Origin: Gemmatimonadota bacterium
Lineage (GTDB): Bacteria > Gemmatimonadota > Gemmatimonadetes > Longimicrobiales > Gaopeijiaceae
Length of the DNA: 64,000 bases
Assembly (NCBI GenBank): GCA_034521595.1
Contig: JAXHMG010000003.1
Coordinates: forward strand, 2,688,001-2,752,000
Direction: 5' to 3'
Shown here: in pieces, positions 29,338-40,013 of the stretch
How the letters are laid out: each line of letters opens with the position of its first letter
Numbering within the stretch: position 1 is the stretch's first letter
The notes under the pieces: generated by a model
What the model was told of the DNA's origin: nothing
The model's input: the letters and a program-made list of their open reading frames with translations, nothing else
The model's database searches: none
Made by a program: the position numbers and the translations under genes

Positions 29338-30732
29338 GTGCGTGCCCTCGTCCCGAGCGCCGTCCTGCTCGCGCTCGGCGCCGTGGCGCCCGTCTCCGGC
29401 CAAAACTGTCCCGATCCCGACAGGCTCGCCGAGGGCACGACCGGCGCCATGGCTCACGTTCGCCACCTCGCCGACGACGACCTCGAAGGGCGTGCCGTCG
29501 GCACATCCGGGGCACGCTGCGCGGCAGCCTACCTCGCCGCGCGGTTCCACGCCCTCGGGCTCGATCCGGCGGGACACGAAGGTAGCTACTTCCACACCTT
29601 TCCCGTGAGGGCCGGAGCCGAGCTCGGCCCGGACAATACGTTCACCGTGGAAGGCGAGCGCCTGGCGCTGGGTCAAGACTGGGCACCATACGGTTTTTCC
29701 GCCAGTCGGGCCGTCGAAGCGCCCCTCGTGTACGGCGGTCACGGCCTTTCCAGCCCCGGCACAGCCCGTGACCGCTTCAGTCGCATCTCGATTTCCGGCA
29801 AAGTCGTCGTCGTCGAAGCCGGGGACCCGGACGCTCCTGGCGCATCGTCCCTGCGGGCGGACCCGCGTTTCAAAGCCACGGTCGCTGCGGGGCGCGGAGC
29901 CGCCGGAATGCTCATTCTGCTCCCCGAAGGTCTCGCGCTTCCGAACGTCACCGACGAGACGAGAGACGCCCTTCCGATTCCAATCGCGGCCATCGGCGGG
30001 GCGACGGCAGCCCGCGTCCGCGCCGCCGCGCGGCAGGACCACGTCGGGGAGCTCAGAACCGACGTCCGGCCGCTCCCGGTCGATGCGCAAAACGTCGTCG
30101 CGCGGCTACCCGGCACCGATCCCGAGCACGCTTCAGAGCACATCATCGTGGGCGCACACTACGACCATCTGGGGTTCGGTGGGGAGGGCTCCCTCGAACC
30201 GGGAAGCCGAGCCGTGCACAACGGCGCCGACGACAACGCCAGTGGCACCGCCGCCGTCCTCGAGATCGCACGGGCGCTCGTCGACGGTCCCCCACGTCCC
30301 CGAAGCGTGCTCTTTATCGCCTTCACGGGTGAGGAACGGGGTTTGTGGGGCTCGGCCCGCTTCGTGACCGACCCGACGATCGACCTCGAGCGCTCGGTCG
30401 CGATGCTGAATCTCGACATGGTCGGCCGGCTCGAAGACGGACCGTTGACCGTGCTCGGGGTCGGCACCGCCTCCCGCTGGCCGACCCTCCTCGACGAGGT
30501 CAACGACGCCCTCGCCGAGCCGCACCGAATCGTCAAACGGGCGAGCGGAAGCGGTCTGTCCGACCACGCCTCCTTCCATGCGGAAGGGATCCCGGTGCTC
30601 CACTTCTTCACCGGCACCCACGAGGACTATCACCGGCCGAGCGACGACTGGGAAAAGGTCGACGGCGACGGCCTCGATCGAATCGTCACATTCGTGTCTT
30701 GCGTCGTTGAACGCCTGGCCCGCCCACGATGA
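29338..30732 (+). CDS. Exported M28 family aminopeptidase with PA domain
   Basis: Signal peptide; LADDDLEGR, GAHYDHLG, NGADDNASG, FTGEERGLWGS, NLDMVGR, SDHASF, YHRPSDD. Confidence 0.92.
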   Translation: MRALVPSAVLLALGAVAPVSGQNCPDPDRLAEGTTGAMAHVRHLADDDLEGRAVGTSGARCAAAYLAARFHALGLDPAGHEGSYFHTFPVRAGAELGPDNTFTVEGERLALGQDWAPYGFSASRAVEAPLVYGGHGLSSPGTARDRFSRISISGKVVVVEAGDPDAPGASSLRADPRFKATVAAGRGAAGMLILLPEGLALPNVTDETRDALPIPIAAIGGATAARVRAAARQDHVGELRTDVRPLPVDAQNVVARLPGTDPEHASEHIIVGAHYDHLGFGGEGSLEPGSRAVHNGADDNASGTAAVLEIARALVDGPPRPRSVLFIAFTGEERGLWGSARFVTDPTIDLERSVAMLNLDMVGRLEDGPLTVLGVGTASRWPTLLDEVNDALAEPHRIVKRASGSGLSDHASFHAEGIPVLHFFTGTHEDYHRPSDDWEKVDGDGLDRIVTFVSCVVERLARPR

Positions 30733-30874
30733 GGGAACCCTGCCGGCCGTGAGCGCGTGGCGCGATGCGCGGGCCGGCGCCAATCGAGCCCACGCACCGC
30801 GCCTGGATCCGCTCCGCTCCCGAAAAGCTCGCCCCTCGGTACGACCGTGAGAATGTCGGGATGGGACGGATCGC

Positions 30875-32020
30875 TCAGGTCACCGTCTGCCGCACGTGGA
30901 TGTCCCGCGCGGCCAACTCGGTCAGATAGGCCTCGAGGGGCACGCACTCCGCCGGGGTATGCACCCCCGGCGGGATCCGCCCGGTACCCTGCAAGCGCGC
31001 CACGGCGGCCAGGGAATATCCGGTCGTCCGCATCATCGCGCTGATCCCGTGCCGCATATCGGCCACGTCGAGCAGATCGTAGCGGATTTCCCGAGCGCCC
31101 TTCGCTCCACGTCCGGCGACCACCACACGAAGCGCGACCAAGTCTTCTGCATCCGGGTCTTCCAACGAGGGGCCAACCGCACGGATGAACATCTCGCGCG
31201 GGCTGACCCGGCAGCCGTCGAACGCGATGGGCTCGTCCGAGAGCAACCCCAGGTCACGGATCGCCTTCATGAGGTCGGCGTGGCCGGGATAGCGGAGGGT
31301 CTTGTAGGTCATCGAGGCGACACGGCCTTCGTAGTCGTACGGCATCGTGGAGATGCCCCCCGCGGTGAGGAAGGCTTCGAGCTCCCCGAGGGGCGCACCG
31401 AAATCGACGCGCTCGACCTCGGTCATCGGCTCGCGCTCCACCACCCGTCCTTCTTCCAGCTTAAGGACGGGCGTCGTGTAGTAGTCCAGGACCCCTTCGA
31501 GCGAATAGGCCACGCGGTAGTTCAACGGGGGATGGGGTATGCGGGGAAGGCCACCCACGTAGATCCGCACCGAGGCGACGTCCTCGAGCGCGTCGATCCC
31601 GCCGCGCGCGAGAATGTTGACCATGCCCGGCGCCAGCCCGCAGTCCGGCACGACGGAGATGCCGGCGCTCCGAGCCTCCGCGTCGAGCTCCTGCTGGCGC
31701 CGCACGATCTCCGTATTTCCTCCGAGGTCGCAGAAGTGCGCGCCCGCCTCCACCGCGGCGCGCGCGGCCTGGAGGTTGAAATGGTACGGGAGGGCGCACA
31801 CCACCACGTCGAAGCCGCGCACCGCCTCCCCGAGCGCGCGGGGATCCGAAGCGTCGAGTCGCCGGAGGTTCAACCGGTCCCCGAGGAGCGGCGCCAGGAA
31901 GGACGCGGGCCGATCGACGTTCTGGTCGGCCACCGTGACGGCCTCCACGTCGGTCGAGTTCGCGAGGTCGAACGCGCATGCGGAGCCCTGAGCCCCACCC
32001 CCCAACACCAGGAGTTCCAT
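30875..32020 (-). CDS. Saccharopine dehydrogenase family (lysine 6-dehydrogenase-like)
   Basis: GGGAQG, CDLGGN, PDCGLAPG, VGGLP, EAFLTAGG, YKTLRYPGH, AMMRTTGY. Confidence 0.9.
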   Translation of the reverse strand: MELLVLGGGAQGSACAFDLANSTDVEAVTVADQNVDRPASFLAPLLGDRLNLRRLDASDPRALGEAVRGFDVVVCALPYHFNLQAARAAVEAGAHFCDLGGNTEIVRRQQELDAEARSAGISVVPDCGLAPGMVNILARGGIDALEDVASVRIYVGGLPRIPHPPLNYRVAYSLEGVLDYYTTPVLKLEEGRVVEREPMTEVERVDFGAPLGELEAFLTAGGISTMPYDYEGRVASMTYKTLRYPGHADLMKAIRDLGLLSDEPIAFDGCRVSPREMFIRAVGPSLEDPDAEDLVALRVVVAGRGAKGAREIRYDLLDVADMRHGISAMMRTTGYSLAAVARLQGTGRIPPGVHTPAECVPLEAYLTELAARDIHVRQTVT

Positions 32021-32037
32021 CGTCGGCTCCGTCCCGC

Positions 32038-34662
32038 TCAGCCGAGCAGGTCGAGTTGGTCTTCCGGGGCGACGTCCGTTTCGTCTTCCCCAGCGTCCTC
32101 GTTCGCCGGAGCGGCCGGCTCGTCGGGTCCGTCTTCAGCGACCGATCCCTCCGACGTGTCGGGAACGGCCGCGGCCCCGGCCTCCGGATCCGCTCCGGAG
32201 GGCCCCTCGGGGCCCTCTCCTTCCGCCTGCGCCCGGGTGACTTCGACGACCCGGTCGTCAGACTCGAGCTCCACGATCCTGCGCCCCTGCGTGCGACGCC
32301 CCTGAACCGGAACGGCGTCGGCCTTGACCCGTGTGACCTGCCCGGTCGCCGTGATCAACATGACTTCGTCCTGGTCCACGACCTCGAGCCCGCTCACCAT
32401 CGCCCCCGCATCTCCGGCAATGGCGAGGGTACCCAAGCCGCCCCGCTTCTGCAGGGGGAATTCCGACACCGGGGTCCGCTTGCCGAGTCCGTCCGCGCTG
32501 ACCATGAGGACCGTCGCGTCCCTCCGGATGAAGAGCACGCCCACGACCTCGTCGTGCTCCCGGAGCCCCATCCCCTTCACGCCCCGAGCGGTTCGGCCGA
32601 ACACGCTGACGTCCTCCTCGGGGAAGCGGATCGCCCGCCCTTCCTTCGAGAGCAGAATCAGCTCTCCGCTGCCGTCCGACAGCACCACGTCCAGAATCCG
32701 GTCGTCCTCCTTGAGGCCCGCCGCCCGGATCCCGCCATTCCGGGGATTCGAAAACTCCGCGAGCTCCGTGCGCTTGATGAGCCCGTGCCTGGACAGAAAC
32801 ACCAGGTACCGCCCTTCCTGCTCGAGATCACTCACGGGGATCATGGCGACCATACGGTCGCCGCGGTCCGCCCCCTCCAAGAGTGAGTAGACCGACTGCC
32901 CTCGGGATGCCCGCGCCCCTTCCGGGACCTCCAGCACGGGGAGGAAGTGACATTGACCGGCCTCGGTGAACGCCAGGATCCAGCCCTGGGAGCGCGCCAC
33001 GAACACCCGCTCGAGGTAGTCGTCCTCGTACCGTTCCATCCCCGCCAACGGCTTCCCGGACGCCACACGCCGCTTGTACAGATGCATCGGGATCCTCTTG
33101 ATGAATCCCTGGTGCGACAGGGTCACGACTACGTCCTCGTCCGCCGTTTGGTCATCCAGCGCCGCGGGCGTGCCGGGCTCAGCGTCCGCCTCGTCGAGCA
33201 GGACCGTCCGTCGCTCGTCCCCGTACTTGTCGACGACCTCCTGGAGCTCGTCGAGCATCGCCTCGAGCTGGAGCTCTTCGGAGCCGAGGAGCGCGCGCAG
33301 GTATTCGATGCTGGCTTTCAGCTCCGCAAGGCGTTCTTCGAGTTGCGTGCGCGACAGAGCGGTGAGGCGGGCGAGCCGCATGTTGAGAATCGCGTCGGCC
33401 TGGATTTCGCTGAGCCCGAAGCGGCCCTGCAATCCCTCCGACGCCTCCTCGCGGTCGGCCGAGCCACGAATGATCTCGATGACCTCGTCGATGTGATCGA
33501 GCGCGGCGAGCAAGCCTTCGACCACGTGCCGCTCCGCCTCCGCCTTCTCCAGGTCGTGGCGGCTCCGGCGTTGGATGACGTCGAGCCGATGATCCCGGAA
33601 ACGCTCGAGCATCAGCTTGAGATCAAAGACCCGCGGCTGCCCGTCGTCGAGCGCGATCATGTGCGCGCCGAACGTCGTCTGCAGATACGTGGCGCGGTAC
33701 AGACGCTCGAGGACGACGCCGGCGTCGGTGCCCCGCTTGAGCTCGATGACGAGTCGGATTCCGTCCCGGTCGGTCTCGTCCCGCAAGCCGGAGATCTCGT
33801 CCGCCTTTCCCTTTTTCGCGAGGGCGGCGATCTGCTCGATGAGCTTCGTCTTGGAAACCGCGTACGGAATCTCGGTGACGACGAGCTGCTCCTTGCCGCC
33901 CCGGAGGGCTTCCTTCACGACCCGGGCGCGCATGACGATCCGCCCCCGCCCCTCGCGGTACATCGCCTCGATCCCGTCGCGCCCGACCACGAAGCCTCCG
34001 GTCGGAAAGTCGGGGCCCGGGAGGCATTGCATGAGGTCGTCCACGGTGCAGTCGGGATCAGCCGCGAGCTGCCGGACCCCCGCGGCGACCTCGGCCAGGT
34101 TGTGCGGGGGCACGTTGGTGCTCATCCCGACCGCGATGCCGGACGACCCGTTCACCAGGAGGTTCGGGAATCGCGCCGGGAGGACGACCGGCTCCTCGCG
34201 CTGGTCGTCGAAGTTCGGCTGGAAATCGACCGTCCCCTTCTCGATGTCCGAGAGCAACTCGGTCGCAACCGCTTCCAGGCGAGCTTCCGTGTAGCGGTAG
34301 GCCGCCGCCGAATCGCCGTCGATCGATCCGAAGTTGCCCTGACCGTCCACGAGGGGCATCCGCAGCGAAAAGTCCTGCACCATGCGGACGAGGGCATCGT
34401 AGACCGCCGTGTCTCCGTGCGGATGGTACTTACCCAGCACGTCTCCGACGACGGCCGCGCTCTTCTTGTAGGCACGGTCCGGGGACAAGCCCATCTCGTG
34501 CATGGCATACAAGATGCGCCGGTGCACGGGCTTGAGTCCGTCACGAACGTCGGGCAGGGCACGCTGAACGATGACGCTCATCGAGTAGTCGAGGAACGAC
34601 TCGCGCATCTCTTCTTCGATCAGGCGCGGGAGGATGCGTTCCCGCTGGGAAGCCGTGGCCAT
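32038..34662 (-). CDS. gyrA: Type IIA topoisomerase A subunit (GyrA/ParC family; GyrA-box degenerate, possibly ParC)
   Basis: [41 protein letters not shown] (catalytic Tyr), [10 protein letters not shown]-terminal pinwheel repeats and acidic tail. Confidence 0.85.
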   Translation of the reverse strand: MATASQRERILPRLIEEEMRESFLDYSMSVIVQRALPDVRDGLKPVHRRILYAMHEMGLSPDRAYKKSAAVVGDVLGKYHPHGDTAVYDALVRMVQDFSLRMPLVDGQGNFGSIDGDSAAAYRYTEARLEAVATELLSDIEKGTVDFQPNFDDQREEPVVLPARFPNLLVNGSSGIAVGMSTNVPPHNLAEVAAGVRQLAADPDCTVDDLMQCLPGPDFPTGGFVVGRDGIEAMYREGRGRIVMRARVVKEALRGGKEQLVVTEIPYAVSKTKLIEQIAALAKKGKADEISGLRDETDRDGIRLVIELKRGTDAGVVLERLYRATYLQTTFGAHMIALDDGQPRVFDLKLMLERFRDHRLDVIQRRSRHDLEKAEAERHVVEGLLAALDHIDEVIEIIRGSADREEASEGLQGRFGLSEIQADAILNMRLARLTALSRTQLEERLAELKASIEYLRALLGSEELQLEAMLDELQEVVDKYGDERRTVLLDEADAEPGTPAALDDQTADEDVVVTLSHQGFIKRIPMHLYKRRVASGKPLAGMERYEDDYLERVFVARSQGWILAFTEAGQCHFLPVLEVPEGARASRGQSVYSLLEGADRGDRMVAMIPVSDLEQEGRYLVFLSRHGLIKRTELAEFSNPRNGGIRAAGLKEDDRILDVVLSDGSGELILLSKEGRAIRFPEEDVSVFGRTARGVKGMGLREHDEVVGVLFIRRDATVLMVSADGLGKRTPVSEFPLQKRGGLGTLAIAGDAGAMVSGLEVVDQDEVMLITATGQVTRVKADAVPVQGRRTQGRRIVELESDDRVVEVTRAQAEGEGPEGPSGADPEAGAAAVPDTSEGSVAEDGPDEPAAPANEDAGEDETDVAPEDQLDLLG

Positions 34663-34849
34663 GCAAGCTCCGGTGGGTGTATCACGGATAACGGGTAGCG
34701 CGCGGGGCCAGCGAAAAAACCGGAGTGGGGTTCGAGGCCGCCGCGTTCCGGCCGCGGCCCAGCCGCGGCTCGAAGCTTCTCACCTCGCGATAGGGGCCGC
34801 AACCCGGCGTAGGGGCCACCTGCAGGGGCGTGCCGTCGTTGCAGGACGG

Positions 34850-35125
34850 TTAGCTCCGCTCCCCCTCCGAAGAGCCGTCGGCAGCGACACCCGAGATCAG
34901 GTCCTCGACCCGGCGCTTCAACTCGGCCGGGGCGCTCTCGCCTCGCCCGGCACGGATCAGGGCCTCACGAAACGAGCGCTCGAAACGCAGGTGTGGATAG
35001 CAGCGGGAGCACGCCTCGAAGTGGGCGCGCACCTGCTCGGCCGGCACCTCCGAGAGCTCGCCGTCGAGAAACTCCTGAACCATGGCCACCGCCTCGCGGC
35101 ACGAGATCGCATCATCACATGCCAT
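34850..35125 (-). CDS. zf-HC2 zinc-binding anti-sigma factor (RsrA-like)
   Basis: C..FLDGEL..HFEACSRC (HxxxCxxC), AP.ELK; directly downstream of the ECF sigma gene. Confidence 0.9.
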   Translation of the reverse strand: MACDDAISCREAVAMVQEFLDGELSEVPAEQVRAHFEACSRCYPHLRFERSFREALIRAGRGESAPAELKRRVEDLISGVAADGSSEGERS

Positions 35126-35129
35126 CGTC

Positions 35130-35738
35130 TCAACCTCCCTCGGAGGACACAGAACCGGCGGGGACGTAGCCCCTCTCGATCGCGTATTCGTACAGTGCCG
35201 CTTGCAGGCGACGCCGCCCCCTGAACAGGCGGCTTTTCACCGTACCCACCGGCACGTCCAACAAGTCGGCGACCTCCTGGTACGTGAGTCCTTCGAGGTC
35301 CGAAAGCCGCACGGCCTCACGATGCTCCTCCGGGAGAGCGTCGATGGCGTCGAGGATCTTCCCGTCCACGATGGAGTCGAAGAACGCACCTTCCGGATCC
35401 ACGGTATCGACGGTGGCCCAGATCGGATTCACGGGATCGGGTAGGGTGTCGTCCCGCTCGCTGTGCTTCTCGACCAGCTCGTCGTGGCGTTGGGAACGCT
35501 CCCGGCCGCGCAAATACACGTTCCTGCAGATGGTGAACAGCCAGCTCTTCACGCGCGTCCCGCGTGTGTACTGCTCCCATGAGCGGTAGGCCCGCAGGAA
35601 GGTCTCCTGAACGAGATCGGCCGCGTGATCCGGACTTTCGGACAGCCGGAGCGCGAAACGGTACACGGCGTCCAGGTGGGGCAACGCCTCTTCGTTGAAC
35701 CCGCGCTTCGACTCACGTTCGGTCGAAACGTCAGTCAC
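35130..35738 (-). CDS. ECF sigma-70 family factor (SigR/SigH-like)
   Basis: ADLVQETFLRAY, KSWLFTICRN, LPEEHR, YQEVADLLDVPVGTVKSRLFRGR. Confidence 0.95.
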   Translation of the reverse strand: MTDVSTERESKRGFNEEALPHLDAVYRFALRLSESPDHAADLVQETFLRAYRSWEQYTRGTRVKSWLFTICRNVYLRGRERSQRHDELVEKHSERDDTLPDPVNPIWATVDTVDPEGAFFDSIVDGKILDAIDALPEEHREAVRLSDLEGLTYQEVADLLDVPVGTVKSRLFRGRRRLQAALYEYAIERGYVPAGSVSSEGG

Positions 35739-36058
35739 CGATCCAGCCGCTCCAGGTCCTCGGCGAGGTCCTCGGCCATCGTCGGATGTCCGTGCCGCTC
35801 CGCGGCCGCGATTCCCTCACGATACGCCTCCTTGGCTTCGTCCACTGCTCCGAGCTCACTGAGCGCGGCGCCCAAACGGCCCCACGCGTTGCCCTCGTCG
35901 TCCGAAGCCGCGAGGTACGCACGAAGTTCCCGCACGCCGTCCCGGGTCCGTCCCTGATTCAGGTACTCGACAGCGAGCGCGAACCGGACGCGCGTGTCTT
36001 CCGGCCGCTGCTCGAGCATGTGCTCGAGCGACTCGACTCTCTTGGCGGGATCGGTCAC
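35735..36058 (-). CDS. Small TPR protein
   Basis: RFALAVEY, NAWGRLGAAL..G..EAKEAYREGI; GTGA coupling to the sigma gene. Confidence 0.8.
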   Translation of the reverse strand: MTDPAKRVESLEHMLEQRPEDTRVRFALAVEYLNQGRTRDGVRELRAYLAASDDEGNAWGRLGAALSELGAVDEAKEAYREGIAAAERHGHPTMAEDLAEDLERLDR

Positions 36059-36068
36059 GCGGGAGCCG

Positions 36069-36491
36069 TCAATCGGGGAAGTGGATGTCGCGGGCCGACT
36101 CCGCCGTCGGCGAGGCGCCCGTCATCAGCTCGATGAGAGCGGTCATCTCGCTGGCCATCTCCGAGATTCGGTGCGACACCGTGAAGGCGTGTGCGAAGTC
36201 GAAGTAGGCGGCGACAGCCGATTCATCCGCCGCGTGTGTCGCGACCACGGCGCTCTCCATCTCCTGCCGGAGCCAGGCGACGATGGAGTCGACCGCTTCC
36301 TGCACTTCGTGCACCTCGGCCAAAGAGTCCAGGGACAGGTCGCCGTCCAACATGCCCACGAGCGCCTCGACGCGGGCGCGCTTCTCGGGCGGTGCGAGCA
36401 CCGATCCGTCCGCCGGCACGTCCTCACGGAGCAAGCCGGTGGCCCCGGACTTCAGAGCGGTGAGCTCTTCGTAGTTGAATTGGAGGATCAC
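36069..36491 (-). CDS. Hypothetical helical protein
   Basis: GTG 36491 behind GGGAGG; typical codon usage; AVAAYFDFAH. Confidence 0.7.
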   Translation of the reverse strand: MILQFNYEELTALKSGATGLLREDVPADGSVLAPPEKRARVEALVGMLDGDLSLDSLAEVHEVQEAVDSIVAWLRQEMESAVVATHAADESAVAAYFDFAHAFTVSHRISEMASEMTALIELMTGASPTAESARDIHFPD

Positions 36492-36564
36492 GGCGCCTCC
36501 CTTCGCCCTCGACCGTCTCTGGCGAAGCTGTTGAAGAAGTGAGCCGAAGCGCACCCTATGATAC

Positions 36565-37377
36565 TCAACCAACCGCTTCGTTGTTTCGGCGAGAGTCTTC
36601 GACGAACCAATCCCCGATCACGAGCCCCCCGACGATATCCACCAGCGCATGCGCGACGATGACCGGCAGAAGGCTTCCCGCTCCCAGGAATCCACCAGCA
36701 AGGATCGCGCCCATCACGGCCGTCCGCACCATCCCCAGCCGCCCCTGGTAGGCGTGGAGCGCCCCGAACACCACCGATGTGAGCACGACGCTCCAAGGAA
36801 GGCCCACCGCTACCGCGAGCATCGGGATGGCGTACCCCCGGTAGGCGATCTCCTCGCCGAATCCGGCCACGAGGGACAGCAGCACGAACACCCGCTTTTC
36901 CTTACGGTTCCGTGGAAGAAGGCGCCCCAGAACGGCTGTTTCCGAGACACCGCGCCAGAGACCGACGAGGCGGAAGAGCAGCATCACGCCGACGCCCGTG
37001 GCACCGAGACCGAAGCTCCACAGCACGAAGTCGAAGAAGGGCATGCCGACGATCCCGATCGCCGCGATGCCTCCGTCTCGGGCCCCGACGAGCCAGGCGG
37101 TGGCCCCCAGGACCCACAGCGTCGCGATCGAGCTCCAGTAGGCGGAGAGCCGGTCGAACTCCATCCCCTCGAGCATGGACGCCTGAACGAGGGCGAAGCC
37201 CGGCATCACCACGAGCAACAGCACCAGGAGAATCGTGTCCAGAAGCGGGACACTCCCTCCGAGAAACAGGGCCAACCCCACGCCCCACGCCGCGGCCACC
37301 CCCGCCACGACCGATGCGCGGGCCGGCCCCGGAGCGACCGCCTGCTCGTCGCCGCTCGTGACCTGGGACGAGATCAC
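36565..37377 (-). CDS. CPBP (Abi/CAAX) intramembrane glutamic metalloprotease
   Basis: EEIAYRGY, FGALHAYQG, AHALVD, multiple TM segments. Confidence 0.92.
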   Translation of the reverse strand: MISSQVTSGDEQAVAPGPARASVVAGVAAAWGVGLALFLGGSVPLLDTILLVLLLVVMPGFALVQASMLEGMEFDRLSAYWSSIATLWVLGATAWLVGARDGGIAAIGIVGMPFFDFVLWSFGLGATGVGVMLLFRLVGLWRGVSETAVLGRLLPRNRKEKRVFVLLSLVAGFGEEIAYRGYAIPMLAVAVGLPWSVVLTSVVFGALHAYQGRLGMVRTAVMGAILAGGFLGAGSLLPVIVAHALVDIVGGLVIGDWFVEDSRRNNEAVG

Positions 37378-38795
37378 GCGTACCGCTCCGTCGCTTCGAG
37401 CGTACGCCGCACGTCGTCCCAGCTCGTGGTGTGATTGAGGATGCAGAGTCGGAGCGCGTACGTCCCGCGAAGCCGGGTCGACGACATCATCGCGAGCCCC
37501 GAATTCACGATCTCCGTGCGGACCCTCTCGTTGAGGGCTTCCAACTCTTCGGCGTCAGCAGCTTCCGAGGGGCGCACGCGGAAGCAGACGATGCCGAGAG
37601 ACGCCGGCTGCAGGAGCTCCAGGACGGGTGAGTCGCGAATGAAGGCCTCGGCCCGCTCCGCCAGATCGAGCGTCCGGTCCACGGCGCGCCGGAACGCCCC
37701 GAGACCGAACGTCTGGATCGACATCCACACCTTGAGCGCACGGAAGGACCGGCTGAGCTGGAGGCCGCGGTCCCCGAAGTTCGGATTCTCGGTGCCCCAG
37801 TCGGCATCTTGCAGATACTCGGGCCGCACCGAGAAAGCCCGCTCCAGGCCACGAACGTCCCGCACCATGAGGCAACCCGCCTCGAAAGGCTGGTAGAGCC
37901 ACTTGTGCGCGTCCATCGCGATGGAGTCGGCGCGCTCGAGCCCGGCGAGCGCCGCCTTGCCCCGTTCCGTCAGGATCGCGAAGCCACCGTACGCGGCGTC
38001 CACGTGAAGCCAGATTCCGAGCTCGGCGCACAGGTCCGCGAGATCCCCGATAGGATCCACGGCCCCCGTGTTCGTCGTGCCCGCGTTGGCGCAGATCGCG
38101 ACCGGATTCTTCCCCTCCGCCCGGTCCTCCGCGACGGTCCGACGAAGCGCTTCCAGATCGATCCGATATCCGTCGTCGGAAGGGATCATGCGCACGTTCT
38201 CCGGACGCACCCCCACGATCCGGGCGGCACGAACCAGGGCCGTATGGCTCTGGTCGCTCATGTACACGGTCGCTCGCTCGGGGGCCCCGGCAGCTTCGCG
38301 GGCCGCCACGAGCGCGTCGAGACTGGCCGCCGAGCCCCCGCTCGTGAAGAGCCCGCCGGCCCCTTCCGGATACCCGATCCACTCACGGAACCAATCGACG
38401 ACCACCAGCTCCAGCGTGCTGGGACCGCTCGACCCCAGCCACGTACCCTGAAACACGTTGTGCCCGGCGCTCATGAAATCCGCGAGGACGCCCGGCCAGG
38501 TCCCGGACGAGGGCACGAACGCGAAGAAGCGCGGGTGGTCGACGCGGGCGGCGTACGGCAGGACGTCACGGAAGACCCGTTCCACGACCTCCTCGCACGA
38601 TGTGCCGGCCTCGGGTGCCGGTCCGGCGAGGCGGGGATCGAGGTCGCTCCTGCGGGCGCCCTTCCAGGCCGCCTCCTCGGGCAGATCGCGGAGCCGCTCG
38701 ACCGTCAGCCGGCTCACGAGCGAGGCGAGCTCGAGCATCCGGTCCGGGTCGAGCGAGAGCTCCGATTCGGGTGTGTCTTCCCTGGAGGGCGTCAT
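37374..38795 (-). CDS. PLP-dependent group II decarboxylase (aromatic amino acid/DAB decarboxylase-like)
   Basis: [50 protein letters not shown]. Confidence 0.92.
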   Translation of the reverse strand: MTPSREDTPESELSLDPDRMLELASLVSRLTVERLRDLPEEAAWKGARRSDLDPRLAGPAPEAGTSCEEVVERVFRDVLPYAARVDHPRFFAFVPSSGTWPGVLADFMSAGHNVFQGTWLGSSGPSTLELVVVDWFREWIGYPEGAGGLFTSGGSAASLDALVAAREAAGAPERATVYMSDQSHTALVRAARIVGVRPENVRMIPSDDGYRIDLEALRRTVAEDRAEGKNPVAICANAGTTNTGAVDPIGDLADLCAELGIWLHVDAAYGGFAILTERGKAALAGLERADSIAMDAHKWLYQPFEAGCLMVRDVRGLERAFSVRPEYLQDADWGTENPNFGDRGLQLSRSFRALKVWMSIQTFGLGAFRRAVDRTLDLAERAEAFIRDSPVLELLQPASLGIVCFRVRPSEAADAEELEALNERVRTEIVNSGLAMMSSTRLRGTYALRLCILNHTTSWDDVRRTLEATERYA

Positions 38796-38813
38796 CGGGG
38801 TAATCTTTCCTTC

Positions 38814-39131
38814 ATGTCTGCGACCACTAGCACCGCCAAAGGCGTCGTATTCCGCGTCCTCGACGCGATGAACGCACCGCATTCCGGCCGTATCCTACGA
38901 CTGAGGCTGCAGTCCGGGGAACCGCCCGCGGTCAAATCTCTCAAGGGCCGGGAGATGCTCGCCGTCGCACCGGACGACCGGCGCTGCCGGATTCGCATCA
39001 CCGGCTTCGCGAAATTCGGCGGAAAGCCGAGCGACGACCGGCTGGCGCGGTCGGGGCGCATCGACGTGCAAGTCGAGGAGCTCGACGACACGGGCCCCGT
39101 GGATCTTCGCTGGGAAGTGCGTCCGGCCTGA
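38814..39131 (+). CDS. Hypothetical small beta-rich protein
   Basis: 3' part of ORF 37809..39131 from ATG 38814 (FRVLDAM..GRILRLRL..GRIDVQV); fills the gap between flanking genes. Confidence 0.6.
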   Translation: MSATTSTAKGVVFRVLDAMNAPHSGRILRLRLQSGEPPAVKSLKGREMLAVAPDDRRCRIRITGFAKFGGKPSDDRLARSGRIDVQVEELDDTGPVDLRWEVRPA

Positions 39132-39159
39132 GCCCTCGACGGGCCGGTGGGAAGTGGGC

Positions 39160-39900
39160 TCACTGGGAGCGCAGTCCCGGCGGCTCCCGGCTGAAGGTGT
39201 CGAGGAACCACTCCCTGTACTCGTCCGCCCGGTCGGGATTGGCGCGGGCCCACTCCGCCCTGGACGAAGCGAACTCGTCCGGACGGGCGGTGAAGATGAA
39301 GGCATCCAGGTAACCGGCGTCCGACGCATAGGCCAGCTCGTCGAGGGGGCCGTACGGTGCCGTGTCGAACACGGTCCGTCCCAGGGTCCAGGCGTCGGCG
39401 CACCGCTCGAGGATGGCTCGCTCGAGCTCGTACCCGACCGCATCCGGAGCCTCCGGAAGCCACTCCTCCTGGCGGCCCATCGAGCTCATCAGGTGTAGAT
39501 GGCCGTAGATCTGGTGCACGAGCCGCGTGTCGGGGGCCCTCGCGTCCACCTGAACCCATACGGAGTCGTTCGAGACCCGGAGCCCCTCCCACACGTAGAC
39601 CTCTTCGGTGACCGGCTCGCCGATGACCCAGAAGCTCGGGTCTTCCACGATGTTCCGCTGCTCCCGCGTCACCCATTCGTTGACCTTTTTCATCTCTTCG
39701 TGATCGGCGTTGATCCGGACGCCCGAATGGATGACGATGGGTCTGGGCGCCGGAAGCTCGGGCGTGGCGACGCCGCAGCCACTCACCCCGGCGACTAGAG
39801 CCGAGACGACGAACAACCAGCGGGAACGCGACTGTACGGGCTCCCGCCTCCCCGAAGCCGTGCCGGCTCCGGAGCCGCTCCTGATCGATAGCCTTGACAC
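39160..39900 (-). CDS. Hypothetical lipoprotein
   Basis: Lipobox-like LVAGVSGC; PRPIVIHSG, EDPSFW, YGHLHLM, LDELAY, YLDAFIF. Start uncertain. Confidence 0.7.
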   Translation of the reverse strand: MSRLSIRSGSGAGTASGRREPVQSRSRWLFVVSALVAGVSGCGVATPELPAPRPIVIHSGVRINADHEEMKKVNEWVTREQRNIVEDPSFWVIGEPVTEEVYVWEGLRVSNDSVWVQVDARAPDTRLVHQIYGHLHLMSSMGRQEEWLPEAPDAVGYELERAILERCADAWTLGRTVFDTAPYGPLDELAYASDAGYLDAFIFTARPDEFASSRAEWARANPDRADEYREWFLDTFSREPPGLRSQ

Positions 39901-40013
39901 TTTGAGGTCCTTGGTCCGGAATTGGAGTGACTTCGAACCCTGCAACCCATGGACAACTGGACGTGCAGAGCACGCTGACGGACGATACCCACGCATTCCG
40001 CGCTCCTCGGACG

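Noticed and set aside
28210-30732. Apparent long overlap of ORFs 28210..30090 (-) and 28921..30732 (+)
   Set aside because: N-terminal extensions are artefacts of first-start calling; signal peptides place the starts near 29301 and 29338.
30896-34698. Plus-strand ORFs of 469, 302 and 583 aa
   Set aside because: Antisense to the saccharopine dehydrogenase and topoisomerase genes, which carry clear motifs.
34700-34850. tRNA-like or other structured RNA upstream of the topoisomerase gene (GTTCGA, TAGGGGCC twice)
   Set aside because: No cloverleaf could be built; the stems are explicable by high GC or a terminator.
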